Assembly (NCBI GenBank): GCA_050230475.1
Contig: JBFLGF010000059.1
Coordinates: 62,001 to 86,272 of the forward strand
Source: Ancylonema sp.
Lineage: Eukaryota
Reading direction: 5' to 3'
DNA: 24,272 bases
In this document: positions 10,967 to 22,694 of the stretch, piece by piece
Layout of the letters: each line of letters opens with the position of its first letter
Numbering within the stretch: position 1 is the first letter of the stretch
The notes under the pieces: model-generated
Told to the model about the DNA's origin: nothing
What the model saw: the letters and a program-made list of their open reading frames with translations, nothing else
Databases searched by the model: none
Made by a program: the position numbers and the translations under genes

Positions 10967-11618
10967 AAGACGGGAAGAAGCTCCCGCGATTCCGGCTTAG
11001 TATATCACCGAGATTTTTTTTAAGATCTGCACTTCATTGCCAAAAAAGGTTTGCACAAAGCTTATAACAACCACTCTTCCAAGTTATGGTGGGTAAGGGG
11101 TAGCTAGCCCCTCACCCTACATTTATATGGAGGAGTTGGTCCAGTCCTCCACACCCAAACAAGACCCCGAAAGTTTATAGTGTTACCACCAAAGGATCCA
11201 CCTTTGGTCAGAAGACTTCAAACTTAATTTATCCTCCGCGCTTCCACGCGCCAGCCCCCCCTTACTCGTTAAATTGTGTATTGGCATTATTGATTTGGGA
11301 TTAGGTTAGTGTCATTTTTCTCATGTTGGAAATGATCAGTCACACTTTCTACAAAAAGTTGATTATTGCTCCGGCAAAGGAGTCTTAGGACATCTAAATC
11401 TCTATGGCACGAGCTATGCTTGTCCATAACACACCTGTGATTTGAAATACCATAATCACTTCATCTTTTTCATACATGGTTCCGCTGGTATATTGTATGG
11501 TTCGTGTGTGCCCCCAAGCATCTATGATGTTCCAGACATTGGTTCCCTTGTTTATTGAATGTATGGTTCTTGTCGAGAGTCTTATGTGACTACTTCACCC
11601 TTGAGGTAAGTAGCCAAC

Positions 11619-13040
11619 CTAGTGTCGAGGGCAGGTCCAACCTCCCTCCAGCACTCCTTCCAGGGACGGTGTGCAACGAGGGGCGGTACCCCTGGTTTCA
11701 CTTGTCACACAGTACCAGCCGCTTCGGGTAAGACCTTAGCCACACGCCCGGAAATGCGTTGTTTATCCGCAATGATATAGCTCTGTATAGACCCTCTTGT
11801 CTCCTACTAGCACACGGCAGTGCAGTGCAGTGCAGTGAGCAATGTGCTTCACTTGCTTCTGCATCTTTCTCCTATCTCTACCCAAAGGACAGCGATCCCC
11901 GAGTTCTTTAGCTCCACTATCCTCAAGATATGTGGCCTAGTGTGACCTCCAGGGAGGTAGCACGACTTTGGACGTCTCAGCAACACCAAGTCCCCCACCG
12001 CGATCTTTTCATTTGGCCTATCCCACCCCTTCCACCCGGACTAGCTTATACGTTTCCACATCCCTCAGCTGTGTGATGGCCAGGTTTCTGAAGGCTAAGC
12101 AGCACCTCCTTGAAGATCTGCCCCCTCCTATCTAGAAACACCTTTATGACCTCCACACTCTGTCTCTCATCGAAGACTGTCTCCTCCTCATCCTGGACTC
12201 TGGCCTAGAATATCGGCTCACGTCCGAATAACATGCTCCTTCGAAAGTCTGTAGCTCATGGGTAGGGTACGTACCACATAGGGTAACAGCTCATCCTACT
12301 GCTCCCCACGTCCCTAAGCACTTCCTGATCGCCTTTTTCTACACCATCCTCTCCGCCACCCCATCTGCCCATCTGACTATGGATAATCCCTGGCCGCAGT
12401 CCTGTGGGTGGTTTCATGACGAGCTAAGAGTGCCTCAAACTCTCCCTTGAACTCACTTCCTTGATCTGTGATCTCCTTCCCCGGTGCGCCATACCTAGCC
12501 AGGATATGAAACTTGAAACGGTATGCCACCTCTGCGGCCCGTTTTGAGGTAGTAGGGCTGAGCTCCACCCACTTGGTGAAATGCTCTATGCAAACCAGTA
12601 CATATCTGTTTCCCCTCTCCGTCTCCTCAATCGACCCCGCAAAGTCCACACCCCATATGTATATGGGTCCCTTGATTGGCAGTAGCTATAAATGCTTGCC
12701 GGACTCCCTGAATGCCGCCTTCCCTATGAAATAGCTTAAGCACTCCTTGACCACCTTTGCCAACATTACCACCATCCCCCTCCACCAGTAAGTCCCCAGG
12801 AAGCTAGTGTTACTTTCATCACCCCAAAGTGCCCCATCTTCTCATGCACTTTCCTGACCATAGCCTCCCGCTCCTGTGGTCTTGGGATCACTAGCAGTCT
12901 TTCCTTCTCCCCGATCTTGTACAAGCTGGATCCCAAACACTTGTACTTAGTGCCGCCCCGGTACACCCGGTCTCCCTCGAGAATCCCCTACTCTCCGCTC
13001 CCCGATGCTTGATTCAGTGGAGAAGGAGCAGGTGGATGAC
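11619..13040 (-). pseudogene. pol: Ty3/gypsy integrase remnant with a C-terminal PHD finger
   Basis: HEKMGHFG Zn-binding region; core DFAG..YVLVCIEHFTKWVE..RYGAP..ITDQGSEFKGEF; tail VGDLVLLRR..TRPHILRIVE; terminal RACG..RLVLCDK*NQGY..CTPSLEGVLEGGWTCPRH*. Confidence 0.9.
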
Positions 13041-13044
13041 ACGT

Positions 13045-13316
13045 GTTCCTACTCTTCCACACCCGTTGTCATCATGGCTATTTCGCCTACCCCCACCCCT
13101 ACGCGCTGCGGCTATCGTCATGTCCCCTACAAACCCCCTTACTCCTCGACATTAAAGCGGCGCAAGTGGCGGACCTACAGGCTCTCGCGATAGACATCCA
13201 ACCACGACCTGCTCGGAAATCAAACCCAACCCTGAGGCCGATCCTCATCCTTCTACACCCAACGCGACGGCCTAATCTACCATAGCGGCCGCCTCGCTAT
13301 TCCCCCTACCGCTGCT
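13045..13316 (+). pseudogene. pol: Chromovirus-like Gypsy pol fragment (RNase H-integrase linker)
   Basis: LLLDIKAAQVAD..KSNP..YTQRDGLIYHSGRLAIPPTAA, homologous to KSNP..LRDDLLYRHNHLVIPPGA at 23330-23430. Confidence 0.7.
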
Positions 13317-13728
13317 TGTGGGAATATTGATTGGATAGCCATGCCTTGTGCTAGCTAGTCCGGTTGTGTCCTATTACTCTAACCGGACTCTCAATTTCAA
13401 TATTTTTCTTATATGCAGGCCGGGCACAATTGTGTCCGGGCACCTGATTTTTTGCCACGCTTAGAGTCGTTAATAACGGTTGCAATGCTTGACGTGTGTT
13501 GGAAAGTCAACCCAAAGTCAACGCGTAGGAAAAATGCTACGGGGCTAGCGGCAATATAAATCATGACACACGTGGTGGGTGCCCCATTCATTGTTTATAC
13601 AGTGGTACTCCATGCCAAAAAACATCGGACTGGGTAGTTGAAGCTGAAGCTGAAAACGTGTCGTGATTGGATAGATCTAGTCACGTCAGGAGTATCCGGC
13701 ATAAGCCGTTGACGCAGACGAGTTGTCA
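13317..13728 (+). mobile_element. 3'-truncated copia LTR interrupted by a 159-bp insert
   Basis: Starts TGTGGGAATATTGATTGGATAGCCAT, compared with TGTTAGAATATTTTGGATAGCCAT of the complete element. Homology resumes after 13660. Confidence 0.85.
13497..13655 (+). mobile_element. 159-bp solo-LTR-like insertion with 5-bp TSD ACGTG
   Basis: ACGTG at 13492-13496 and 13656-13660. Starts TGTTGG, ends GCTGAAA, and contains AATATAAAT. Confidence 0.7.
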
Positions 13729-13729
13729 G

Positions 13730-13958
13730 TTGCCCCCTTCACTTCCAGCCATTATATGCTCATCCCCCATTCTGCTCTCATTCTGCATTTGCAACACTTT
13801 ATCAATCCCCACTACCCTTCCTGGCAGTATAAGCAACCCGCTGGCATGTCTTCTAACATCAGCAATACTCCTTCCTCTTCACAAGAGACTGGTCAACCCC
13901 CTATCACTCAAAGTGAATCCTATCTGAGCACGATCATTTAGGCAGATCATGCTCACTA
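13730..13958 (-). pseudogene. pol: Copia pol fragment (protease-integrase linker)
   Basis: RGRSIADVRRHASGLLIL, similar to KGNVKWADVLQQPSGLTLL near 20900. Confidence 0.55.
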
Positions 13959-13960
13959 TC

Positions 13961-14333
13961 TAAAAGCTTTTGAGCGATTAGACGTGCAAGAGATTTGGTG
14001 GGCGAAAAACGAACCGTACCCAAAAGGATCTCTATCACTGATGATCAACGAGACAAGAGTTGCGTGTGTGGAACGAATAATAATTGTGATCGCATCGGGG
14101 ATGGTAATACCCAATGCGCTTTACAAATTGTTGTGTGCCGACGGTCGGTACAATTGACCGTCGGCCTATCCTTGAGTGACAACTCATCTATGTGTCAACG
14201 GCACATGCCGGACACTCGTGACATGACTAGATCTAACCAATCAAGACACGTCAAGCATGCCAACCGCTATTAACGACTCTAAGTGTCGACATCAAGCGTG
14301 ACAACAGATCAAGTGCCCGGACACAATCGTGTC
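13961..14333 (-). mobile_element. Copia LTR 3' portion, cut by insertion of copia-2
   Basis: Strong homology to 16549-16900 and 22695-23045. Confidence 0.9.
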
Positions 14334-14771
14334 TTTTGGCGTTGATACGTGATTGGTGTGCGAGATTGCGTGGTTCTTTCCGTACAAGGGACTACGTCTC
14401 TCAGAGCTGATCAATGACAAGTATTGTGTAGGAAGAATAATATTGAATGGTCGGCATCGGGTAGGTATACCACGATGCCTCGTACAGATCAAGAATCAAC
14501 AAAGTGTGCCGACGGTCGGATCTACGGACCGTCGGCCTATCACAACACAGCAACAGTCAGATCATGTCAACGGCACATGCCGGACAGTCTGACAAGACAT
14601 AACGACTAGATGCGGGAAGCCTTAAACGGCACAATCGAAACGTCATGTACGGGTGCCAGGACACAAGTCCGGCCCCTCAATACAAGCACACCCTAGGAAT
14701 CCTACCGGTACACTAACCGGTAGCCCGGACTAGCACACTAGCAAGCATGGCTATCCGATATAATTCCTACA
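14334..14771 (-). mobile_element. Complete 438-bp LTR of a sister family; probable 3' LTR of copia-2
   Basis: Minus strand reads TGTAGGAATTATATCGGATAGCCAT...CAACGCCAAAA. An inverted copy lies at 16363-16546 plus 23150-23329. Confidence 0.85.
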
Positions 14772-14787
14772 CGCAGCCTGTTGAAGG

Positions 14788-16362
14788 CTCCCCCTCGGAT
14801 GCCATGCCGAGTTTGGCATTGAGTCAGCACCAAGGGACTCCCTATCTACAACTAAGTCATGGCGGAACCATCTACAGCTCATGGGGTAGTGAGGTCTTCC
14901 CTAGCATACAAACATGCTAGGGGGCCCTATATAAAATCACAGCCGATCGGAAGCCGATCGGAACTCCAGAAGTCGATAGCTCCAGCTCCTTAGTCGTTTT
15001 TTTCGGGCCGAAACCCTGAACATACAAACAAACACCACAAGTTAGGGCAATACAAAAATGACCAAAAAGGTCAACTTTCTTCAGTTTTCTCCAAATAACT
15101 TGAAATATGAAAAAACATCAAACTTTCTCAACCTTCACCAATACATATGAGATTTTGACACAATACTCATAACATCAATGGAAATATACACGCCAACTCT
15201 CATGTTCAACATACAATTTTAGATTTGAACAAATCTACAACTTTTCAGGTGTCCTTAAGTGTTTTCAGGGCAGAGTAAAAGAGGTGGGGTGACTTAGCTG
15301 GATAGACGAGCGTTAAGAGCCCTCCACAGGTGCATTCTGCAATAATAAAACATAACATACACCCCCTGCCAAATCATAGCATGGCAGCCGAAACCCCTAG
15401 AACCTATTGTGCACCCCCACTTCAGTGAACCCTCCCAAAACCTATAGACTTTCCGTGTCTGTCAAGCAAGACCTGGAAGAGCCTTAGTGAACATATCGGC
15501 TGGTTGATTGGCCCCTGCCAGATACACATACTTCAGCCTCCCTTGTGACACTCACTCACCCAGCGGTACACCACATTGATTGAAATGCTTGGCCTTCTGG
15601 CGCTGGACTGGGTTCTGGATCATGGAGAGTGCAGCAGTTGAGTCACTGTAAACTGTAATTTGAGGTAGTTTGAGCTCATGCAGGAGCGACTTCAGGTAAC
15701 AACACTCCTTAGACACACTACAGGCAGCAATATACTCAGCCTTTGCTGTTGTACTCTGTGCGACTCTAGACTGTTTCTGTGACTTGCAGCTCAATGCAGT
15801 CCCCCCAACAGTAGTGACCCACCCTGTGACCGACTTCCCAGTCATACTGCAGTTGTTCCAACTAGCATCACAGTACCCCTTGATCTCTAGCCTCTTCTGC
15901 CTCACGTAGCAGAGTCCGTGATCCAGTGTCCCCTTCAAATATCTGAACATTTGGTGTAAGGCCTTGATGTGAGCAGTCCCAGGATTCCCCATGTGTTTTG
16001 CCAATACCCCCAGTGCATGTGCAATATCCGGTCTGGTGTGTTTCATTGCATAAATGAGTGACCCAATTTTTCCCCGGAATTCAGTTATCTGTTCAGGTGT
16101 AGGGGGAGTTAGAGGTTCATCTTCTTGGTGAAATGTCAGCCCAGGTGGTAAGGGTCCAAAACGTTCCAGAACTTGTCTCATGAACCCGATCTGATGAATC
16201 TGATGCAACGTAAGCCCTTGATGCAACGTAAGCACCCCCCGCGGTCTGTCCCTTTTCACTTCCACCCCCAGGATATGGGTTAGGGCCCCAAGATCCTTCA
16301 TTTTAAACTTCCAGATAGTTCCTGTTTGAATGCTTTAATGACCATGGGGTCAAGACCAACTA
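14788..16362 (-). mobile_element. pol: 3' half of a second copia: RT end/RNase H (~16362-15420), 3' UTR and PPT GAGGGGGAG (14796-14788)
   Basis: MKDLGALTHILGVEV..IGSLIYAMKHTRPDIAHA..YCDASW..AEYIAAC..YSDSTAA..QPADMFTKAL. Collinear with 17001-18650. Confidence 0.95.
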
Positions 16363-16546
16363 TAGGATTCCTAGGGTGTGCTTATATTGAGGGCGCGTGC
16401 CGTCGTGTCGTTTAGGGCACGTGTGTTTCTAGACGGTTCCCGCATCTAGTCGTTATGTCTTGTCAGACTGTCCGGCATGTGCCGTTGACATGATCTGACT
16501 GTTGCTATGTTGTGATAGGCCGACGGTCTGTAGATCCGACCGTCGG
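16363..16546 (+). mobile_element. Left part of a sister-family LTR, the target of the complete copia
   Basis: Reverse complement of ~14510-14704. Continues at 23150. Confidence 0.9.
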
Positions 16547-16548
16547 CC

Positions 16549-17000
16549 TATAAGCTTTTGAGTGATTAGACGTGCCGGAATAATTAGGGGGGCGACAAAA
16601 CGAACCGTACGCAAAAGGATCTCTATCACCGCTGATCAACGAGACAAGAGTTGCGTGTGTGGAACGAATTATTATTGTGATTGCATCGGGGATGGTAATA
16701 CCCGATGCGCTTTACAGATTGTTGTGTGCCGGTGCCGACGGTCGGCACAATTGACCGTCGGCCTATCATTGACTGACAGCTCTTCTACATGTCAACGGCA
16801 CATGCCGGCCATTTCTGACACGACTAAAACAGCCAGTCACGACGCTTCGAACAAATAACGTCTCTAAGCGTCGGAAACATGTCAGGTGCCCGGGCACAAA
16901 CTTGCCCGGCCCCGCATACAGAGAATATTGCTCCCGGTTAGAGTAACCGGTTACAACTGGACTAGCACGCATAACATATGGCTACCAAAATATTCTAACA
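16549..17000 (-). repeat. 3' LTR of the complete copia
   Basis: Direct repeat of 22695-23149. Minus strand reads TGTTAG...AAGCTTATA. Confidence 0.95.
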
Positions 17001-17729
17001 CACCCACTCGGATGCCATGCTAAAGTTGGCATAGATGCAGACATCAAAAGGGAGTACCCAAGTCATTGCCAAAACATGGCAGACCCATTGGCATTAACAT
17101 ATAAAAAACAGTTTTGGTTTTCCCTAGCATAAAAGCGTGCTAGGGGTTTCTATCGAAAAATGCAGCCGTTCGGAAGCCGATCGGAACTCCATGAAGTCGA
17201 TCGCTCCAGATCCTTAGTCGTTTTTCAGGCCGAAGCCCTGAACATACAAACAAATACCACAAGTTAGGCGAAAAACAAAAAAACTTTGAAAATATTTTTG
17301 ATTTTTTAACTTTTTCAACTTTACGATTCTGAAAATTTTACACTTTCTTGTCAGAAAAATCTCAAAACAGCATAACTTCAAAATTACCAGTCCTATCAGC
17401 CAACTTTTGACACAAGTTTTGCAACTGATTAGGACATACATTCGAAAATTCAGAACAAACTGACAAGTTTAAAGTTGAGCAAAGCGTTTTCAAGTGTTCT
17501 TTTCGAGTGTCCTTAAGCGTTAAGCGTTTTCAAGTGTTCTTTTCAAGGTATTATTAAGGTAAGAGTGTGACTTAGCTGGATGAGCTGAAGTTGGTGTACC
17601 CTCAAGTTGGTGTACCCTCCCCATTACTTTTGCATGAAAAAAAACATAACAACACACCCCCTGCCAACATGCATGGCATTCGAAACCTTCGATCATAAAA
17701 ATAAAAGAAAAGACTGACACTCCCAAAAC

Positions 17730-20700
17730 CTAGACTTTTGCTGTGTCTGTCCAGTAAAACTTGGGAAGAGCTTTAGTTAGCATATCTGCTGGGTTGATTT
17801 GCGGCCTGCAAGATACACATATTTTAGTCTCCCCGTGCTGTGGCATTCCCGTACCCAGTGATATACCACATTAACACATTATTGCTTTCTGTCTTTGCAC
17901 AGGATTCTGGATCATGGATAGAGCTGAGGTTGAGTCAGTGTAGATTGTGATTTGGTTTGGAAACTTGAGTTCTTTCAAGAGAGATTTTAGATAACAGCAC
18001 TCTTTAGATACACTACAGGCAGCGATATATTCAGCCTTTGCAGTGCTCTGTGCAACTGTGGACTGTTTCTGTGACTTCCAACTCAGTGCTGTCCCCCCAA
18101 CCGTGGTTACCCATCCTGTGACTGACTTCCCTGTCATTGCTGCAACTGTTCCATGATGCATCGCAGTAACCCTTTACTTCAAATATGTCCTTTCCCACAA
18201 ACGTCAGTCCGTGGTTCACAGTCCCTTTAAGGTATCTGAGTAGTTGATGTAACGCCCTTATGTGTGCGACCCCAGGATTTCCCATGTGTTTAGCCAGTAC
18301 CTCAAGTGCATACCCGATGTCCAGTCTGGTTTGTTTCATGGCATATATGAGAGATCCCACTTTCCCTCGAAAGTCTGTTATTTCTTCAGGGGTAGGGGGA
18401 AGAGTTGGTTCATCATTCTGTGTAAACTGAGTTCCAGGGGCGAGGGGTTTGGGGAGTTTGGTTGGATCATGCATCCCATAGCGTTCAAGCACTCCCCTTA
18501 AGAATCCTGACTGACCCAGTGTGAGCAGTCTTCTCTGTCTATCCCTCTTCACTTCCACACCCACGATATGGGTTAGGGGACCCAGATCCTTAACTTTGAA
18601 CTTTTTACCCATATCTTCTTTAAAAGTTTTGACGACCATTGAGTTAGGACCTGTGATCTGTTATCACCTGTGTATGCCCAGTATGATTCTGCTGTCTGCT
18701 TCCCCCCTCATATATATACACGTGTCCATTACGCATTGTTTAAACCCTTCAGATATCATAAATTTTCTGAACATCTCTTGCCACACGTGGCTACTCTGTT
18801 TTAGACCGTATAAAGCCCCCCTTCAGTCGTAAGACCTTTCCCTCAGCACCCCCATTGATATGCATCCGTGGTAGTATTTTCATATATACTTCTTCTTCCA
18901 GACGTCCATGCAAGGAACGCTGTGATTACGTCCATCTGTTTCCAGTTCCCAGTCCTCTTGGTTTGCTATAGAGAGGAGTAGGGTGATAGATGTACTGTCG
19001 ATTACTGGTGCAAATACTTCATTATAGTCAATACCCTCTTGCTGTAAGAATCGCTGTGACTTTATATCTTTCTATATCCCCCTTGTCAATATCCCCTTGA
19101 GGTGTTGTTGACCTTAAAAACATTATCTGCACCCCCACAGCCCTTTTTACCTGGAGGAAAGCACACACACCTCCAAAGGTGTTGGTACGTCTCCAGGGCA
19201 GCGAGCTCTTCCACAATGGCCCTGTCCCCACTGGTCCCAGTCTGGCCTCATCATCGCAGGGTTGAGGGTGAGTGGCTCGGAGGAGTTGCTGTTAGATGCT
19301 ACGCACGCGTAGCCCGGATCCACAGGACCGTTGAAGCCAGTGAACAAACTGCTGGGCTCCCACTCAGTCGCTGAGTAGTTGGCGTGTGCTGCGTCATCGA
19401 ACTCCTCCCCATCACATCACATGAGATCCCCATACTCTGCAAAGTGGCTCGCCTTCTAGCCATCACCCGATCAGCTACGCTGCCGCCTGGCTCCCCCACT
19501 CGTGGGTTCGCACCCCCTCCTTGCACCACCTCCTCCTCCCTTGCATCATCATCTCCACCTCCTGCGTTGTTGATCCCTGATTGGCTGTCAGACAGCACAA
19601 TCGTGGCGTTAGGGACCTCAGCAGCTTGTGGCAGGAAGTTGTCGTGCGGATAGTCGATGGCAGCTGCTGGCTCAGGGACTGCTGCTTCTGCTGGTGCTGG
19701 GATTGGTTGGAGAACTGCTGGCATCGGTTGCAGAATTGCTGCTGCTGGCATGTTGGGGTGGACTTCTGCTGCTGGCACCACTGCTGCTGGCACCATTGCT
19801 GCTGGCACCAGTGCTGCTGCGGGTTCATCGTCGGTGTCGGGGAATAGATAGAAGAAATGTTTCTCTGCTGCCGCCTGAACCTGGGGAGCTCTCCCCCCCA
19901 TGAGCTTCGGGTACCCCGGCACCTCCTCGAAGAACCGCACGTCCATGCGTGATATCACCCCCACTCTATGGGGGTCGAAAACATTGTAGCCTGCACTCCC
20001 CGCAGCCATCCCCAAAAACACACCAAAGCAAGTGCGAGGGGCAAACTTGTCCCCTTGCTGTTTCTTTTCCCCCCCCTTCGAGTATTGAACCAGACACCCA
20101 AAATTGTATGACTTTTATTAACTAACTGTCATGTTCTTTCCCTCCCAGACCTCAATTGGAATTCTGCCAGAAAGCGACTTAGTGGGAGTTCTGTTCCTTA
20201 GCCAGTTTGCATGGAATAATGCCACATCCCAATACGACTTTGGTAGACCTGACCAGATTAATATGCATCGCATTTTTTCTGTCAATGTTCTATTCAGTCT
20301 TTGACAGATTCCGTTTTGTTCAGGACTATATGCTTTTGTGGTTTGCTTGTCAATACCCTTCCCCCCACAGTAGTTTATCCAGTCTTGAGACACATACTCC
20401 CCACCCTTGTCTGTCCGGTATAGACTGTAGTGCAACCCTGACTGGACCTCGAGCAATATAGTGATGACTTTTGCTCGGTTCAGTGCTTCATCCTTTGTTT
20501 TTAGCAAACTGACAAATGACAGACGTGTGGATACCTCAATCCCTGTTTGAGCATACGTGAAACCTCCATTTGCAGACCTGACAGACAGTGGTCCAATGAG
20601 ATCCAGGTGGATGCGACCCATCTTGGGGCATGTCCCCAGATCCTCACTACCTTAGCATGACTGAGCTGAATCATCTTCCCCTGACAACAAACCTGACATC

Positions 20701-22447
20701 CCTTTACTTCAGTTAATTCTTCTAGACTTAACTGTGGGATGTCACCACGTCTGACAAAATCTGACATCACATCAGAACTGGGGTGACCCAGTTTGTGATG
20801 CCAGGGACAAATTTGCTCTCGTATCATGAGATCCAGGCATGACGACGATGGTAGCAGCAAGCAAAGTCAGACCACTAGGCTGCTGCAGCACATCAGCCCA
20901 TTTCACATTTCCCTTTTTTAATTGTGGACCCGTGGGCAGCTGTAGAAAGCTCAGCCCACCTCTTCTGACGAGGCACGATGTCGACACGAGGGTTCAGGCA
21001 AAGGTAGGGACGTGGATCGAGCTGAGTGGCTGCACAAAAAATGCGTCGCCATTCCTTACTCGGATGTGCACGAAACCTGTGCCCTCCACCTTGTGTGACG
21101 AGCCGTCAGCAGTGGTGATGCAGGCCTTCTGCGTGCTCAGACTAGGTGTGTACTCCACAAAATGTTCACGTGCCGTGAAAATGTGGTCGGTAGCACCTGA
21201 ATCCAGGATCAGGGAGTCTGTGTGAGAACCAGCAGACAATGCTCGAGCAACATCGAACGAGAAAGCACCGAAAGCTAAATAATCCACATTGGCGTCGAAA
21301 GGTTTGTCAGCAAAGCGAGCAAGTCTACTTGTGCAGTCAGCCCTTCGAGCAGCTTCTGGGTTCATTAGAGCCATGTCAGATGTTCGTTTTCTACATTGTT
21401 CAATCGTGTGCCCTACATTGTTGCAATATCTGCACCTCTGTCTCCCCCCTGAACTTCCCTGAGTCGCGTGCGCAACATTTCCAGCTGCTGGCGATGGCGC
21501 AGGGCACTGAGCAGCTCGGTGGCCTGCCTGGTGGCACCTGTGACATTTCCAGGCTCCGGCATGGCCTCCATAGCTGGTGAAGGGCAGTTCGCTCTGATGT
21601 GGCCGAATTTGTGGCAGAGTATTCGACGCCTGCAGCGTCTCTGCGACCAGCTCTAGTCGCACCACCAGATCTGCTGCTGCCTCCAGCTCCGTTCCCCCCC
21701 CCAAGTCCACCATAATGCGCTTGGTGACCTCCTGGCAGCGCCCCCCTCCGTTTTACGCTCATTCAGCTCCTTCCTGACGTCGTCGCGCAGCAGCGCACTC
21801 ACGATGTGGGGAATAGTGAACAGGTGTGGAGACGATTCCGACCATGGCATCAGCGTCGAGACCATTGGGCTATAATGAGTGTTCAAAGAGTTCAGCAGGT
21901 TGATCGCCTGCTTCGTCGGAGATACTGGCGCCCCCAGATTCTTCAGATCCTGGTACAGCTGCTGCAGACGCTTGACGTATACGTTGAGGTCCTCCGCCTC
22001 TGTCTGTATGATCGCGCTCAGCAGTGCTTCCGTATTTGCGATCTCGATCGCACCCTGCACCTGGGGGCATCCCACATTCCGGCAGCCAGTCTGTGACGTG
22101 CGTCAGCTCCGAAGGTCCCAAGTGCTTCACAATGTAGGACATTGCAGCCAGATTATCCTCGTCCCATTTCTCGAGCTGTAGCAGCTGCTGGGCTGTAGCA
22201 GCTGCTGGGAAATCTGCTGCTGCCTGACCAATATTTCGACATCAACGTCGATCCCCCTGGCGGCAAATTGCAGCTCGTTGTCAATTGTCAATGGAAGGAT
22301 AACGTCTGGGCGACACTTTCGCGGCAAGCTGTCCCAATCCATCACCAAACGATGCAGTTTCTTATCCGCCAGCCTATACTTGACCTTGAAGGCCCATCCT
22401 GTATAATCAGCTCCAGTAAACTGAGGGATTTGCGACCTATCCGTCAT
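17730..22447 (-). pseudogene. gag-pol: Frameshifted copia gag-pol
   Basis: ATG at 22447; Gag capsid-like region; two zinc knuckles CHRCHQAGHRAAQC and CRYCNNVGHTIEQC; protease ILDSGATDH; WHHKLGH..CQVC; integrase IHLDL..RTDKGGEY..EQNGI; RT MDVITAFL and LYGLKQ; RNase H YCDASW, AEYIA, QPADMLTKAL. Many frameshifts and stops. Confidence 0.95.
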
Positions 22448-22680
22448 TGTGGCAGCTATTTCACAAAATTTCTCGCTCAGCTCGAGTTCTCAGTGCAATT
22501 CCTGCACTGCCGCACTCAGCTCGAAAACTTGCAGCGCAATGTCAAAATTACGTGCAGCACTTAACAACTACGAATATATTTGCGCTCACAGGCAGAATAT
22601 ACCGTTCACAGAGATTACCGCAGCAAAATCGCGTGGAGCTTTTAGTTTTTAACCAACACGGCGTCTGAACTAGACCGCAC

Positions 22681-22694
22681 GTGGGGCCATAACC
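22681..22694 (-). other. PBS complementary to the anticodon arm of tRNA-iMet (half-tRNA primer)
   Basis: GGTTATGGCCCCAC directly after the 5' LTR; 13/14 complementary to plant iMet GUGGGCCCAUAACC. Confidence 0.85.

Noticed and set aside
16562..16858. Recurrent Cys-rich small ORFs (also at 13995, 22708, 7831)
   Set aside because: They lie inside LTR copies, antisense to the element, and their frames differ between copies through indels.
19475..19903. Gln-, Cys- and Leu-rich ORFs
   Set aside because: Alternative frames of the copia linker repeat.
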